64,000 bases of DNA from Fimicolochytrium jonesii (Eukaryota). The stretch lies in contig NW_026515680.1 in NCBI RefSeq assembly GCF_025526975.1, positions 620,001 through 684,000 on the forward strand, given 5' to 3'. The position numbers were made by a program, and so were the translations under genes. Positions 1 to 13,001 of this stretch are shown in pieces. The notes beneath the pieces were generated by a model. It was not told where the DNA came from and did not search any database. It worked only from the letters and a program-made list of their open reading frames with translations. Position 1 is the stretch's first letter; each line of letters begins with the position of its first letter.

Positions 1-443
1 TGTGCCGTTCATCTTGAGGGTGTTTCGAGTCTGATTTCCGCGGAACGTTGGAAGGTGTTGAGCTTCAAATTGAGCCAGACCCAAAAAGCCCAAAACTGTC
101 ATTTTCCGGCTGATCTCTGACGCCCACGTCTCAACACATTCTCAAGACATGGCACTCCGCTTTCCGCACAAGGTCCTCCACAGAACCCCTTAAACGGGCC
201 TCATATCTCCCACCCACACCTTCTCCTCTGTCAAAGTTGTCGAGAGCCCCTCCACCGTACTGCTATCGCTTTCACATACGGTGTACCACTTTGGAGGTGT
301 GCCCGCTCCAACCACCACCTCGAGAACAACTCGTCATCCCGCTCAGCAGCTGAGGGGTGAATCTTATTACTGTTAAACCTACATGAGAACGTCCTGGGCA
401 AGACGAAGTCATTGGAGTCTCCGCTAAACATCTGCCAAGTTGA

Positions 444-1532
444 ATGCCAGCTCAAGCTGAGCCCTCGATCCTCCGAAGGACTCTCGATCGCCTCTGGGCG
501 CCATTGGCAAAAAGACCTTCGATCCACGAACAACATATCGGCGATGAAGACCCGGAGGGAAGCGGTGACGAGCTCTCAGAGGGCGACCTCGAATCAGGTC
601 CTTCGCAAAGCGCTCCGCTTCTAAGCGACTACAAAGGCAACTCTCGATACGACCTCGATTCTCAACCCCATGCCCGAGCGCCACGGCGAACGATTACCGC
701 TGAAGGAGTAGCAATCATAATATACCCTTATCGCACAGGACCGCCTGCGTTCTCTCTCGATTTGCCGCCAAGTTTGGACGACGCCGCTTTCCCGTCAACA
801 CTGTACCGCTCGCATGTAGCGGAACTGAATGTTCTCTACAGGAATGTTCATACCGAGAGGCAACGGCAGTGGAAAATACTGTGGGGTCTAAATATGGCCA
901 TTGGGGTGCTGTGTCTGTTCAGCGCATTGTGGACATTGTTCAAGCAGCGACGATATACCCTTTCGCTTTTATGGTCTCTCACATTTTTGGCCTTGATCTT
1001 GTTTTACCCAACGCTGGCGCGTTGGTGGTTCGCAGATCTGTCCGACGCATTCGAGGTATGTCTTCTGAGCGATCCCTCGCAAAGGAGGTTCCGGAATACT
1101 CACCTCAGGATCCTTCTTTACGCGCGCGAGTAGACACAGATTACGCGAAGCCTCTTCGAATGGAACACTCGGGCACCTAAGAATGTCAGATTCCGCATAA
1201 TAGGCACCGCCGCCATCGCCAGTCATCCTCGCTACGGTCGGCGAGATTCGCATTCAGCACACTCTGACAACTTCCACTACCACGCCAGCACTACGAGGCG
1301 CAATATCCCTTCATACAGAAGGAGGAACGTCGACACTTCGACTTTGGAGCTGACACGGGATGATGAGGATGAGGGTGCTCGGTTAATTGTCGAGTTGCTT
1401 GATCCGGGAAGAGTTGACGGCGAGAGGGATATGTCCTTCGAACGTGGGGAGGTGCTCATAACACCCGATGGCGACGGCATGATGTTGGCGGTCAAGGTCG
1501 TGCCTAGAGCCGCGCGGTTACAAGGCGGGTGA
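444..1532 (+). CDS. Hypothetical two-pass membrane protein (2 exons: 444-1055, 1134-1532)
   Basis: The ORF has two hydrophobic segments (ILWGLNMAIGVLCLFSALWTLF, YTLSLLWSLTFLALILFY). A phase-0 intron GTATGT...TAG at 1056-1133 joins an open frame ending at TGA 1532. Confidence 0.6.
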
Positions 1533-2053
1533 CAAACTGTTGATGTGGAGTTTTTTGGGTTTGGGATTTCTCTGCGGGTTCTTCCGCATTTGTAAATAGC
1601 GTTTTGGTTGTCTCTCCTTTTGCGTGCGCAATATATTGGTGCGCTCCATTTGCCGAGTTTTGGTCAAAACCTACATGCTTCATGTTCCGGGGTTGCACGC
1701 GAGGAAGGTTTCTTACTGTAAACGTGCTTCGCGAAGGAGGCCCCTGGGAGGCCCTCCTCAGTTACGGCAGGTGAGAGTCACACAGCCACTTTTGTTCCCC
1801 CTACGCCGCGTGAGCCTCAAACAACCGCGCCATTAGTTAATTATGCGAGCGATTCGGCAGCGTCCGTTTGACGACTTAGCTCTGCATTCGTTGTGGTATC
1901 CGGTGGTAGCATAGCAGCTTAGCAGTGCGGAACAGCATCTCGCGTTGGGCTTAGGTGGTGCTTTTGAACGACGGCGAGGATTTTTTTGAAACGCACTGGG
2001 AAGTCGATTGGACCCGAATTTCGACTCCCGCCGAGGAAAGGACCGCAGCAAAG

Positions 2054-3755
2054 ATGCCAGCCCCTCCATCACCTGCAGACCAGCGGATAGTCTCCCTGTT
2101 TGAGCACACAACGCTGGACGTTGACGTAGACGACGAACACGTAAGGAAACGATGCTCTCCCCGTTTGGACTTATTTCCCACCCAATGTTTGCGTCTAATA
2201 ATACCATTTTCTTGTCTTCTCCACATAGAGTGTTTTCGAGTTCATGTCGGCTGCAGAAACGTCCCGGGAAGTTGCAATCCGGTTCCTGTCCTGCGTTGGG
2301 TACGAGGTGGACGCGGCTGTGGGTCGGTATCAGAGGTACCAGGTAGGGATAGGGACTTCAACCTTACTTCTTTGCGCGCAAAGAAGCTAACATCCTCGAT
2401 GTCTAGGCATTAGCGAAACAGAACAGCCTCAAACCCGTCCCTGATCCGACAGCCCTGTTGGTACATTACCTTAACGTGCCATTGTTCTCGTTACCCGGGA
2501 CGTCGGATAAGAATGGCTCGACTCTGATTATCTTCAATGCGAGATACTGGGTTGCTGATGCTGCTGGGACGAGGAGGATGCTGAAGGTGGGATTTTGATG
2601 CAACTCCATTGCTGGAGTATTGGCTGACAAGTTGCATTGTTGAGTTCCGTAGCTTCTTCAATACATATGTCATAAAGCGTCGGCCAGGTGGGTACACCCG
2701 ACCCGCTCAGACTTCTCGAGCGTTGGACGCCATACTGAACCACTTCAACAGCGCACAAACAAGACAAAACGGGATCACACTCATCTCCAATCTCGACAAA
2801 CTCGATGGACGGTCTCAGGTGGTGGAGGTGCACCGATGGCTCATGCAGATGTTGGAGGTATGTGTTGGAAGCCAAACTTCATCACCATCCCGGAACACGG
2901 TTACTCATTCATTTACGTGTATAGTACTATATGCCCGTACATCTCAACCGCGTACTGGTATGGCAAGCTCCATACTGGAATCAAATGTTTCCGTACGCGT
3001 GGCAGCCGGGGGCATGTCCGGATGGGCCTTTGAGCGCCGAGGTGAGATGAGGTTTGTGCAGTGGAACGTGATGTATCGATATTTACGTGTTTGCCATGCA
3101 TCTAGATGGTGACTTGCAAAGACCTGACGACATATGTGGATGCCTCACAATTACCGAAAGAGCTTGGAGGGGACCTTTCCTTCAAGTACAAGGAATGGGT
3201 GGCAGATCAGCTGGTAAGGCCTGACATAAATCGACAATGAAAAAGGCAAGCGCTCTGAAAGCCTCCATCTACCCTCCTCAGCGCCTAGAACAATGTGCCC
3301 ACGACGTATTGGTAGATGTGGATCTCGGAGGCTCCAACGCCGTTCCTTCCTCAAATACCGACGACCTCACCGCTTCCATCACATCCTCAACCACCATGTC
3401 CTCCGTAGTCGCATCAGAACAACCCTCCGTACGATCAAGCGCACCCTCCTCCCCAGCAGCAACTGACTCGCAAAGCCTCAAATCCAGCAGCACAGGAACA
3501 CTAAAAGGATTATTCGCGCAGTCCCCACTATCCTCCTTCCTCCGCGAAAAGTCGTCTGACTACTTTGGACACAAGCAACCTGCGCCGCACATGGATGTCA
3601 AGACGGGAGATCGGTATCTGAATGCGAAGAATAATGGGAAATCGGGCGGCGCGCTGTTTCCCGTAACGCCGCCGCTTACGGCTTCGACGCCGACGTTGTC
3701 GGATACGGACGAGCCGGTCATTGATATGATTGAGCCGAATGATGATTTAGCTTGA
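2054..3755 (+). CDS. CRAL-TRIO/Sec14-type lipid-binding protein with Ser/Thr-rich tail (multi-exon)
   Basis: The spliced exons give REVAIRFLSCVGYEVDAAV (CRAL-TRIO N-terminal motif), LPGTSDKNGSTLIIF, QNGITLISNL, YYMPVHLNRVLVWQAPYW and YVDASQLPKELGG. A phase-0 intron then joins the 3282-3755 frame. The start codon is uncertain. Confidence 0.8.
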
Positions 3756-4399
3756 GGGGAAAGGATGCGAGCGTACATCGGTCAAGCTCCTTCCGGAAGG
3801 CGAGAAGTTTTTTCTACAGTACATATGACTCATTTTTGGCAGTAACTTAGGCGTTGTATATCCAGCATTTATCTGATTCATGAAAACACGTATGCAAAAC
3901 TCGAATCCAAAACACATTTCTACAATCCGTGGTTTGATTCGACGAATCTATTGATACTCGGAGCGATGGGCCTTTTGGACTGAGTAATGGACGGAGATAT
4001 TAGGTTCGAGCGATGATGGGACGGTTTTCGCTGAACCTCAGGTTCCTGATGCGTCAGTGACCTCGGTTGTTATTACTCGTTACACGTCAAGCGCCAACAT
4101 GCTCGCCTTCCTCTCCAACACTCCGGCAGACCCGGGCACACTCAAGATATGTCCCCTTGCGACGATATTTTCCGTATGGTATCATCCCGTGCGAAGTGTG
4201 CGCCGGTTGTGTGATGGACGTGGCTACGTCTTCCGAATGGGCTCCAGTAAGGTTCTCGGAGGCAACTGCCACGCCGAATGACAGTGGTGCTCAAAAGATG
4301 CTATTTCCGGGTCTCGCCGTTTTGGAGAATGCCTTTGAGCGTAGTATCAGATCCCTAATTCAGCTACACCGTATCTTCGGGGATTCCAAGAAGGAGGGT

Positions 4400-5054
4400 T
4401 CAGAGATACACTCCGCCGTCGTCATCTGGCCCCACTCCATTGTTCTGCTCCCCGGCGTTTTCATTCTCACGAGACTCGCTACCATCGACCACCTCATCAG
4501 CGCGTCCCGCTGACCCCGTCGCTCGCGCTTCCACTTCGGTTGAGACCCCGCCTTCTGGGTTTCCCGTCGCGGGTACTGCGGTCTCTACCACCGTCGTGTT
4601 TGCTAAGTGTCCAAGCTCCTGTCGACATGGCCCTCCGCTCTTGGCGCCTGGTGTCCCTAGAAGTTCTGCACGTTGTTGTTCCAACGCCGCAATCTGCCGG
4701 ATACGGCGGGATATCACGCCTGTGTTTTCTTCGATTGCCTGCGCAGAGTTCAACCACTTAAGTACTGCGAACACGGAGTAAACGGCCGCACGAGTGGAGA
4801 CGTACCTCAATGAAGTCCGGGTCTGTGGGATCAGCCATCCTCAGCTCCCTATTGCTTTCCAGGAGTACCTCCACAGACCGCCTCAGGCGGGTGATTTCCT
4901 CTAGTAGCACATCCGCATTTGAGTAGTCGAAGGCAGCAGCGGGCGGAGCAGTCGTATGTGCGTGGGAGTGTGGGCTTGAGAGATAGACGCCCGGCAAGAC
5001 TTCAGTTTCGCCTGGATATGAGCCTGTTGTTTTTGGCGAGAGTGGGACGGTCAT
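4400..5054 (-). CDS. Tma17/Adc17-like small coiled-coil protein (proteasome ATPase chaperone family); intron 4739-4805
   Basis: The spliced product LEEITRLRRSVEVLLESNREL...DPDFIEAIEENTGVISRR...IAALE and the hydrophobic C-terminus GVYL resemble fungal Tma17. Confidence 0.6.
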
Positions 5055-5324
5055 GTCTTCCGTTGTCTTTTGCTCTTGCTCTTTGCTTTGGAGGACTGGG
5101 CTTTGGGCAGCAGCTTTGGGCAGAGTTGTTTCGACGCGTTACGCGGTTCCATCGTCTTGCCGCTCGGGTCCAAAAATCTTCCACCATCAGGACCTCTTTG
5201 TGGCAGCTCTCCTCCCATCTTTCCAGTCCATGAAAAAGTCCAGCACACGTCGTCCATGCCGCCTACCCGATCTCCATCCCAACTCCCCGCCCAAAAAACA
5301 ACCTAACCACAACTCAACCCAAAA

Positions 5325-6008
5325 ATGGCAGACTACAACGACTTCGAAAGTTTTCGGTAAACCCCATCCCCACTCTCTCCCAACCCCAAACCCCATCTCA
5401 TCAGATCCTTTCTCAACCTTCACATTAGAGCAACAATGACCCGCGAAGAAATCAGTGAGTGGTTCCAACGCCGCTTCAACCGCCCCATGGAAGCATACGA
5501 CGTGTACAAGGTCGCAAAGGAGTTTTACCAGCTGGGCGCGTATTCGAGGGCGTTGGTTTGTTTGCAGATTTATGTGAGTTGGCGGATTTGGGGGAATGTA
5601 TTGCCCTCTCCTCTCTTTCGAGAGGAATTTGATTGCTGATATATGCCAAATGGTAGATTACACTCCCTGGCGCAACCACACCAGGCCGACATCTCCTCGC
5701 ATACTGTCTCCTCCATCTTGGCGAGACCGAGCGATCGTTACGGGAGTTCAAGAAATGCGTTAAAGGTAAGGATTCTCAATATCACATCCTTGCTTTGTGA
5801 TTTTAGTGCGTATCTCACGACCCATCCCTTTCTAGAGGGCTATCATGACGATTGGCAGCTCGTTGTAGAACTCACCATTGAACTCGAGCTTGCGCGCCGT
5901 GCTGCTGCGGCACGGGAGCGGGAAGCTGGGCTGGGTGGTGGATTAGGAGTTCCGGCTACAACTCACTTTAGTGGCAGGGCACAGGCGTTTGGCATATATG
6001 GGGCGTAG
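5325..6008 (+). CDS. Small TPR-like helical protein (4 exons)
   Basis: Three phase-consistent GT-AG introns give MADYNDFESFRATMTREEI...AKEFYQLGAYSRALVCLQIY...HLLAYCLLHLGETERSLREFKKCV...DDWQLVVEL. The A/G/Y spacing is TPR-like. Confidence 0.6.
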
Positions 6009-6220
6009 GAATTTGATGCTCGATGGACAAGTGCTGATGCACAGTGTACAGTACATAGATCGAAGTGTGACTGCGTCCACGCCGTCTCCCAGGGTGATGT
6101 CACAAGATACTGTCAATCCACGCGTTCTCAGGTTCTCTCCCCCCCCCCCCCCCCCCCACCAGAAGGCCGCGTACGGGTTAACCGATCCTCCTGCTCCTCC
6201 TCGAACTTGGACAATAACCA

Positions 6221-7033
6221 ATGGCATCGCTCTTGAATAACGATATCAACACCCTCATTACGCTGCCCCCAAGCGTTTTCGAGCAAATTGCCAAACACCT
6301 CTCTCCCACCGATTTGGTACATCTGCGGCAGACATGCCATGCACTTTCCTTTGACGAGATTGCCCCTACAGCGGCATATCATCTCGCTCACCTCCATTTC
6401 ATTCCTCAAGCCGGACTCTTATTTTGTCTCGCCACGGGCCTGTTCACCGTTGCACCCATTGACGTGCACACTCAGATTGTGCGGTATAGCGTAGCTGCGG
6501 GCGGAATCGATTCCAGACGTCGCGCACTCGGCTTATATTGGAGTTTGTTCGCAGTCGCGCGGGTAGGCTTGCCGGCTCTCGACACAGCCAGGCGCTACAA
6601 GGATGTTTATTATGCCTTGAAAAGCGGAATCCTCTACTCGCCGCCGTCGAACAGGTGGATTGAGGTTTTGGCAAACGGTGACCGACCCGTTTGTCTCACG
6701 ACACCGGACAAATACCCTAGCATGGACGTCTTGAAGGCGTTCGGGACAAGGCGGTTGGCCGTGGCTCAAAGCCTGGTGCGGGCCATTCAGTCAATTCCAG
6801 GGCTGGATCTCGACATATCCAAATTCAAGACGTACGCCCTGATGGTGGGCGAGGCCTGTTTTGTTGGCGACGAGGATCTGGTGCAACTCTTTCTGGAGAC
6901 ATTCGGACGGCCAACCCGAGGGCCAAAGGTAGCTATGGAATCGGCTGAGTTTCCGGATCCAAATTTCAGACCCGCAATCCTTGCGTTGCTGGAACAATTC
7001 AACGTTCCAGCCGTCTTTACGCGGTGGTCTTGA
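6221..7033 (+). CDS. F-box domain protein, intronless
   Basis: The N-terminal LITLPPSVFEQIAKHLSPTDLVHLRQTC matches the F-box consensus. The ORF is 270 aa with no interruption. Confidence 0.7.
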   Translation: MASLLNNDINTLITLPPSVFEQIAKHLSPTDLVHLRQTCHALSFDEIAPTAAYHLAHLHFIPQAGLLFCLATGLFTVAPIDVHTQIVRYSVAAGGIDSRRRALGLYWSLFAVARVGLPALDTARRYKDVYYALKSGILYSPPSNRWIEVLANGDRPVCLTTPDKYPSMDVLKAFGTRRLAVAQSLVRAIQSIPGLDLDISKFKTYALMVGEACFVGDEDLVQLFLETFGRPTRGPKVAMESAEFPDPNFRPAILALLEQFNVPAVFTRWS

Positions 7034-8594
7034 GAATGGTACCGTCACCCTGATCCATCCATATTGCATTGAACGCTCTCCTAGATCTGTTCGTTTCGCG
7101 GCTGTAGTCTGCTCGTATACCCAGTTAAGACATCTTTCAGTGTTTCTACTTTCGTCTGTATTTTGTAGAGCATTATGTAGCGTCTACGGTGAAATTGTCT
7201 GCATGCAACATCATACATGGCGTCTAGGTTGTCTTCTTCAGGCGTATCTACCTACGCCAGGTCTCCATATCTGTGATATAGCTGGAAGAATCGCAGGTCG
7301 TCTGCGGAGCCCGCTTGAAAGTCTGGACGGCGAGGTCGAAACGACCATCGTGGGTAGGACGACCCTCTTGGTCTCCTTCGTCTTGCACCTCAATGGCATA
7401 GCCTGTCGTCTGTAGCATCGTCGGTAAGCCGACGACTCCAGCCTCTATGTATATTGTCAAAAATAAATGACAAATCAGAAAGTCCTTACTCTCTTCAGAT
7501 GCATGCCGTAGACATGTCGGGAAGCTGGTAAGTACCTAAAGAACAGTGTCAAATGGCTTCATTTGTCGTTGTCACCTCGATGATATCAGAGCCTCGTTTT
7601 CCGGGCTCGCGAACGTCCACCTCCATGGGCGGAGTGCGAGTGCCAAGTGTGTCCCGACTTACGTTCCGATGCTTGCTCACTTGGTGATGCTAACGACGCT
7701 ACCCGGCACGCCGAGAACCCGGGACACATGTAGCAGCTATGCGCTTCCATCCACATCCGCCGGAAACGGTACCGATATGCGTTTTGCCGGCTGAAAATTC
7801 CGTCAGAAAGACGCCTGGCTACTCCGTTCACAATGTGCCTGCGGAATAGTGATAATAATGGCGGCGCGACCATTAATTGGATGGAAATAGTAGGTCACTG
7901 GTCGATCGTCGAGTTTGCCGTTACTCGTAAAAGCTTAGATTGCGCCCAGTTGTGACGGCTTCACTCTCCTTGTCAATAACCAGTCAAAACTCTGTCAATT
8001 GGAGCTCCATGAAAACTCTACCACAAGGAAAACCTTGTTGAGCGCGGTCATATCTGATGTATGTTACGGATGCGGCGGGTGTATCGTAATGACTGAGAAA
8101 GAGACGACGCATCGGAATCGTCGGATACGCACGTTATCAAAGGGAATATTGAATGTGAACTGGCGCACAGTTCTTTCAATCGCAATGCAGATGTAGATGC
8201 GATTGCAAACATTGCTGAACGGAATAGAGGTCGCCGAAGCCCATGGAACGGCAGTTGGACTGCAGCCTGGTCTGACATGCGTGGTAGTGCTGCCTCCGCT
8301 TCTGGGTGCTCTTCTCATCGTGCAGCCCTCCTTCCACTCTGTTTCGTGATATCATATTTGCAATATGTGAAATACAGGGGAATATGCTAAAGAACTAGGA
8401 TGTGCACCCGTGGACTTGCCGGTAAGCCGACTCCAATACATCCAGACGGGTAGTTGCAACCACAGTAGCTACCAGTAAAAGGTAGACCGAAACGGAAAGG
8501 GGGCGTTGCGCACAGGCTTGAGTCGTAGGTTTTCCCACGGTGCACCTAAGCGACGATGTGCATACAGCAAGGTACTATAGCAGCTGCACCCCAT

Positions 8595-9937
8595 CTACTT
8601 CCTTGCCCTCTTCTTGGGGCTCGCAGCTTGAGGCTCAACCTCCTCCTCGTCGTCGGCCTTAGCGGCACGGGTAGTGCGCGTACGTTTCGCCGGGGCAGTC
8701 TTCGCCGGAGCAGGCTTGTCTTTCGCTGCCGCGCCGCGTTTAGCTTTGGGCTTCGCTTCTTCCTCAGGCTCGGAGCCGGCGTCGCCGTGGTCTTCCTCCT
8801 CAGTAGCCTTCTTGCCTCGAGGTGCAGCTTTGGCCTTTGGAGCGGCCGCCTTGCGAGTTGCCTTTTCTTTCGGTTTGGGTTTCTCCGCCTCCTCCTCTTC
8901 CTCGACTTCGCTTTCGGCTTCTTTGAGGGTAGCCGCTTTCTTCGGGGCGGCAGCTTTCTTGCCCGCGGAAGATTTGCGGGACGTGACAGGCATTTCGTTC
9001 TTTTCCACATCATCTGTCACATCTTCACCGTTTTCTTCCTTCGGGGCGGCTTTGGCCTTCTTTGCCGCCGCCGCCGTCTTTCGTGGAGCAGCCTTGGCTT
9101 TTCCTTTTCCTTTGGGCTTCTCGTCTTCTTCTGTTTCGTCTCCGGCTGCCTCTTCTTCGTCGCTTCCAGCTTTAGCTCCTTTCTTCTTGGGCGCAGCTTT
9201 CGCTTTCGAGGATGTGGACTTTGCCGCAGGTTTTTTGCTTTCGGCTTTGGCGGTGGTACCATTTTCCTCATCGCTCGCATCTCCCTTCGCTTCCTTAGGT
9301 GGCTAAAGAGAGCAAAGAGAAGATCAATGAGCCACCCGTGCACAGTCAGGTGCGATGCCAAACAACAGCCTTCGCGAACAGAAGATTTGCGTATATACCA
9401 TCTCGCCGGCCTCCCATGCACTTCGGACCATCTCCTGATCTTCTTCGGTTAACGAGTCGAAACCATTCAAGGCTTCCACATCATCGACTTTGGCTTTGAG
9501 ATTTTGCAAAACTTTCGTAGTAACACAACCCCTATTGGGTGATACGTCGTAGACAAAAAGGTTAGTTGCTACCCCGATTTCTGCCGGTTGTAGATAAGTC
9601 CCATACCAGTGTCTGAAGGTGTTCATGGGTGTCCCGTTCTTCGCTTCGAACGACGTTCCTACACGAAGCTCCCCTTTCTGCAATAGTACTGCTATTAGAT
9701 ATCTTCAGACGTGGGGCCACTCCTTGGAAAACATTTCAAGTTACTTTGATGGTGGGTTCGGTGCAGGACTTGCCTGCCTTGCACTTTGCCCTTCCTGAAG
9801 ACGCATACTGTAGAAACGGCGCGCGAGTTAGAAACGGCCTCTTGGGAACAGCACGGCCGGTCTCGCACGTAGCCAGAGCTGCCGAAACGCCGTCCACTGC
9901 CACTCACCTCGATAAGGTATTCCGTGTTGTCGGCCAT
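8595..9937 (-). CDS. PARP-type zinc-finger protein with long Lys/Ala/Glu-rich disordered tail (Hpz1-like architecture), multi-exon
   Basis: The spliced exons read YLIE-YASSGRAKCKAGKSC...IK-KGELRVG...FRHW-GCVT...LNGFDSLTEEDQEMV, which fits the zf-PARP consensus. A histone-H1-like KAAAPK-rich tail runs to the stop at 8595. Confidence 0.85.
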
Positions 9938-10265
9938 GCTCCGAGATAGGCCCCGAGGTAGCGATGTGAACGAAGGTTTCAGGTCTACTACGTATCCAAG
10001 TGAGTGTGCGGTCCTCCACAGTCAAGTCACGCAAAGCCCAGAGTCCCCACCAGATTATCCCACGAGGGACTGACTGTTGGGGGTGACGCGTCTCTCCAAC
10101 AGCCTTCTCCCACTGCACCACAAGGTGGTCGGTCGGCCACAGCGCAGAAGGACGTATCACAGAATTGTATCGTGTGCAGCACCGAAGGACGTGGGTCTTC
10201 CACTAGACTTCCCCGTTTCCCATGTGGAAGTGAAATTCCGAAGGCAAAGCCAAATCCCGAGGAGA

Positions 10266-10583
10266 ATGCCATATCGCACAGACTACGACCCACCACAACC
10301 TTCGCACGTCGGCGGCCGGGTTCCGCCATTCTTCTCGGTACATACTCTGAAGGCGTATGGCCTCTCACTTGCAACCCAGGATAAACGTGTATCGTTCGCG
10401 GTTCTGTTTGTGACAGTGTTACTTGGCTACCTCGCCACAGTCGCCGTCTTCAACATATTGAGGGGAACACTTATGGCCGCTTGGAGGGGGGTTAAAATCG
10501 CTCTGATTGTCACTTGTGCGCTGTATGTCTTCATTCAGTATGAGAGCTGGAAAAGCGGCAGGAACCGTGGAACGCGAGGATGA
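10266..10583 (+). CDS. Small hypothetical two-pass membrane protein
   Basis: ATG 10266 opens 105 codons with two hydrophobic helices. The ORF is divergent from the zf-PARP gene. Confidence 0.4.
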   Translation: MPYRTDYDPPQPSHVGGRVPPFFSVHTLKAYGLSLATQDKRVSFAVLFVTVLLGYLATVAVFNILRGTLMAAWRGVKIALIVTCALYVFIQYESWKSGRNRGTRG

Positions 10584-11276
10584 AGCGGCCTACGAACATT
10601 GTCTGAGGACACCGAACGACTGCATGTCCCGTCAAGGGGTCCAGCTCTCATCATGGAAGAAGAATTTGGAGCAGTCAGCCCATCAACGTAGGAGGGCTCA
10701 GTGAATCCGCGGGCCCGATGCCGCTCGCTCCTAGAAAGGTAGCAAAGTGAAGGGTCCATGGAAGCATGAGAGCACATCTTGCAAGCAGGAACACGGGTAT
10801 ATTATCCAGGGCTGGCTCGATCGGCTGCTGAGATTACGACCGCATATAAATACCTTATAGAACCTCCATTTTTGTCAGGACGTTAGATGGAAGGATGTGG
10901 ATTTGTTTGCGGAAGGCCGGGGTGTCATAGATTGTATAGAATTCAAAATTATATGTAAAGGTTACAAGTTCATCAACACAGCCCCTCCTGCGGGACCGTT
11001 TCCCATCCCCGAAAAGTCTAATCAATTGAGCCGCCGGGCTGAATCTAAAGATATATGGAACGAAAGCCCAATTTAGTAGGTGCGGTGCTATTCGCCACGG
11101 AACGGCGAAACAGTGGGAAAACAGAGGATTAAGCAAAGAGGATTAAGCAAAGAGAAGTCAACTCACAGTCGCAGGTATCTTCCTGCTCTCCTACCGGTCT
11201 CGACCATCACTGCCGCCGGTGGGAGAGCAGGAAGAGGCAGTAGTGGAAGTCTGTTGGCAACAACGGCCACTAAAGC

Positions 11277-12124
11277 ATGGAACAAAATGACATCGTGATA
11301 AGTGATTCCTCAAGGAAGGGTGGGACGCTTTTGAGCCTCGAGGTATATACAGTACGTCGGTCAAGAAGGAGAGCCAACATTGCCCCCATCTACCATGAAC
11401 GACAGCGTCTTGCTCTCTGCGGTTTGCACGCCTTGAACAACGCGCTACAGGGCCAGTATTTCACCCAAACCACCATGACGGCTTTTGCTCAGGAATTGGA
11501 CGCGGCGGAGGCGTCCCTTACAGGCACTGTTCCTGCCGATCCCAGCCACAACTGGGCTGCTCAGGGAGATTTTTCCGTGCAAGTCTTGGACCGTGCGGTG
11601 AGGTCTCTTGGCTTGCAGATGAACCGCTGGCAGCATCAGAGTGGGACGGACCCTGTCCACGACTCGGGTGCGATAGTAGTACATTCAAGGGCCCATTGGA
11701 TGGCATTCAGGAGGATCAATGGGTCGTGGTTCAATCTCGATTCCCTGCTACCGCAGCCAGTTAGTATGACTAATGGCGATTTGGTAAGTGGAATGATGCC
11801 GTTCCCTCCCGTTGGACAGGCTCCTCATCTCCTTCTCTGTTCCAGAGCGCATACCTTGCTCAACTGGTTGCTCCACCCGCCACTTACAACATATACACTA
11901 TCAGCGCGGGTACCGTGGCCTTACCTCCTTCACCCGCTGACAATGTTGCTGTTGCTGGTCCGATTGCCGCGGGTCCGAGTACCGCAGGTCCCAGTACTGC
12001 TGGTCCGAGTACGGCTGGTCCGAGTGGTGCCGGCAGAGGATCTCGCGGCGCCGTTAGAGCTAGAGGATCTCGCGGGGCTGGTCGAGGAGCTCGCGGCGCA
12101 AGAGGATCGCGCGGTGCTGGTTGA
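11277..12124 (+). CDS. Josephin-domain (MJD family) deubiquitinase with AGPST repeats and RG-rich tail; intron 11784-11845
   Basis: Motifs IYHERQRLALCGLHALNN, GDFSVQVL, HWMAFRRI and WFNLDS give a Cys-His-Asp triad. After the intron the frame reads LSAYLAQL...YNIYTI...LPPSPAD, like the end of the ataxin-3 Josephin domain. The start codon is uncertain. Confidence 0.85.
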
Positions 12125-12560
12125 GGAGCTTGCCCGTATTACATGTACAGCAACACAACACAACACGACATAGGCGCGGCGCGAAAGTGTACGCTGTTGG
12201 TTTGCCGCCTTTCCCCTGGCCTGATTGGCTTAGGAACGTCGCCGTGGCGGCTTTGACTTCGACACTGGTGGCTTTGACTTCGACACTGTCATGGTGATTT
12301 GCCTGGGGAATGGAGTGTACGTGAGTTAGTTGGGGGCAAAGTACGGTAGGTAGGTCGTCACGGGGGCATGGGAGCGGGTTTTCGAGGTAGAATGGCAAAC
12401 GAATCGCGAGACTGCCTCTATTGGCTGCCTCAAGCGATCGCGAGTTGATAGCGCTGTGGACGAGTGTCGCTGCATCTAATTCTCACCATGGTGTTGCGGA
12501 CCGTCCCGTTCCTTCCAAGTAGATGCGCGGCGTGGAGGTATGCCCGAGGTTACCTGAGCG

Positions 12561-12700
<140 letters not shown>

Positions 12701-13001
12701 GGGATCGGGGGCGAGAATGGCGCTCCCATTGTACCTTGAAGAGGACGGTTATGATTGCAGCGGCATGTCGACACCGGCTCGCCTGCTTTTCGTTCGAAAG
12801 GACCCTGAAGAAAAAGTCCACTTTGGAAAGTCACGCCTGCATCTCCTGCATGGTACGTACCCCGCAGTCTGCCCCGCAATGCAAAGCTGGAGGGACTGTA
12901 CCAAACAACCCTCTAACCTCTAACTGACCTATACCTTACTTTATCAGCCAACTACTATACCCCCCGGCGTCAACCTACAAAGCCGCTGCCCATGCCTGCC
13001 G

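Noticed and set aside
8556..9452. 298-aa and 210-aa plus-strand ORFs
   Set aside because: Antisense shadows of the low-complexity zf-PARP tail.
10855..11300. Minus-strand spliced fragment ending ...TKMEVL, faintly like a Helitron helicase C-terminus
   Set aside because: No helicase or Rep motifs; the resemblance is too weak.
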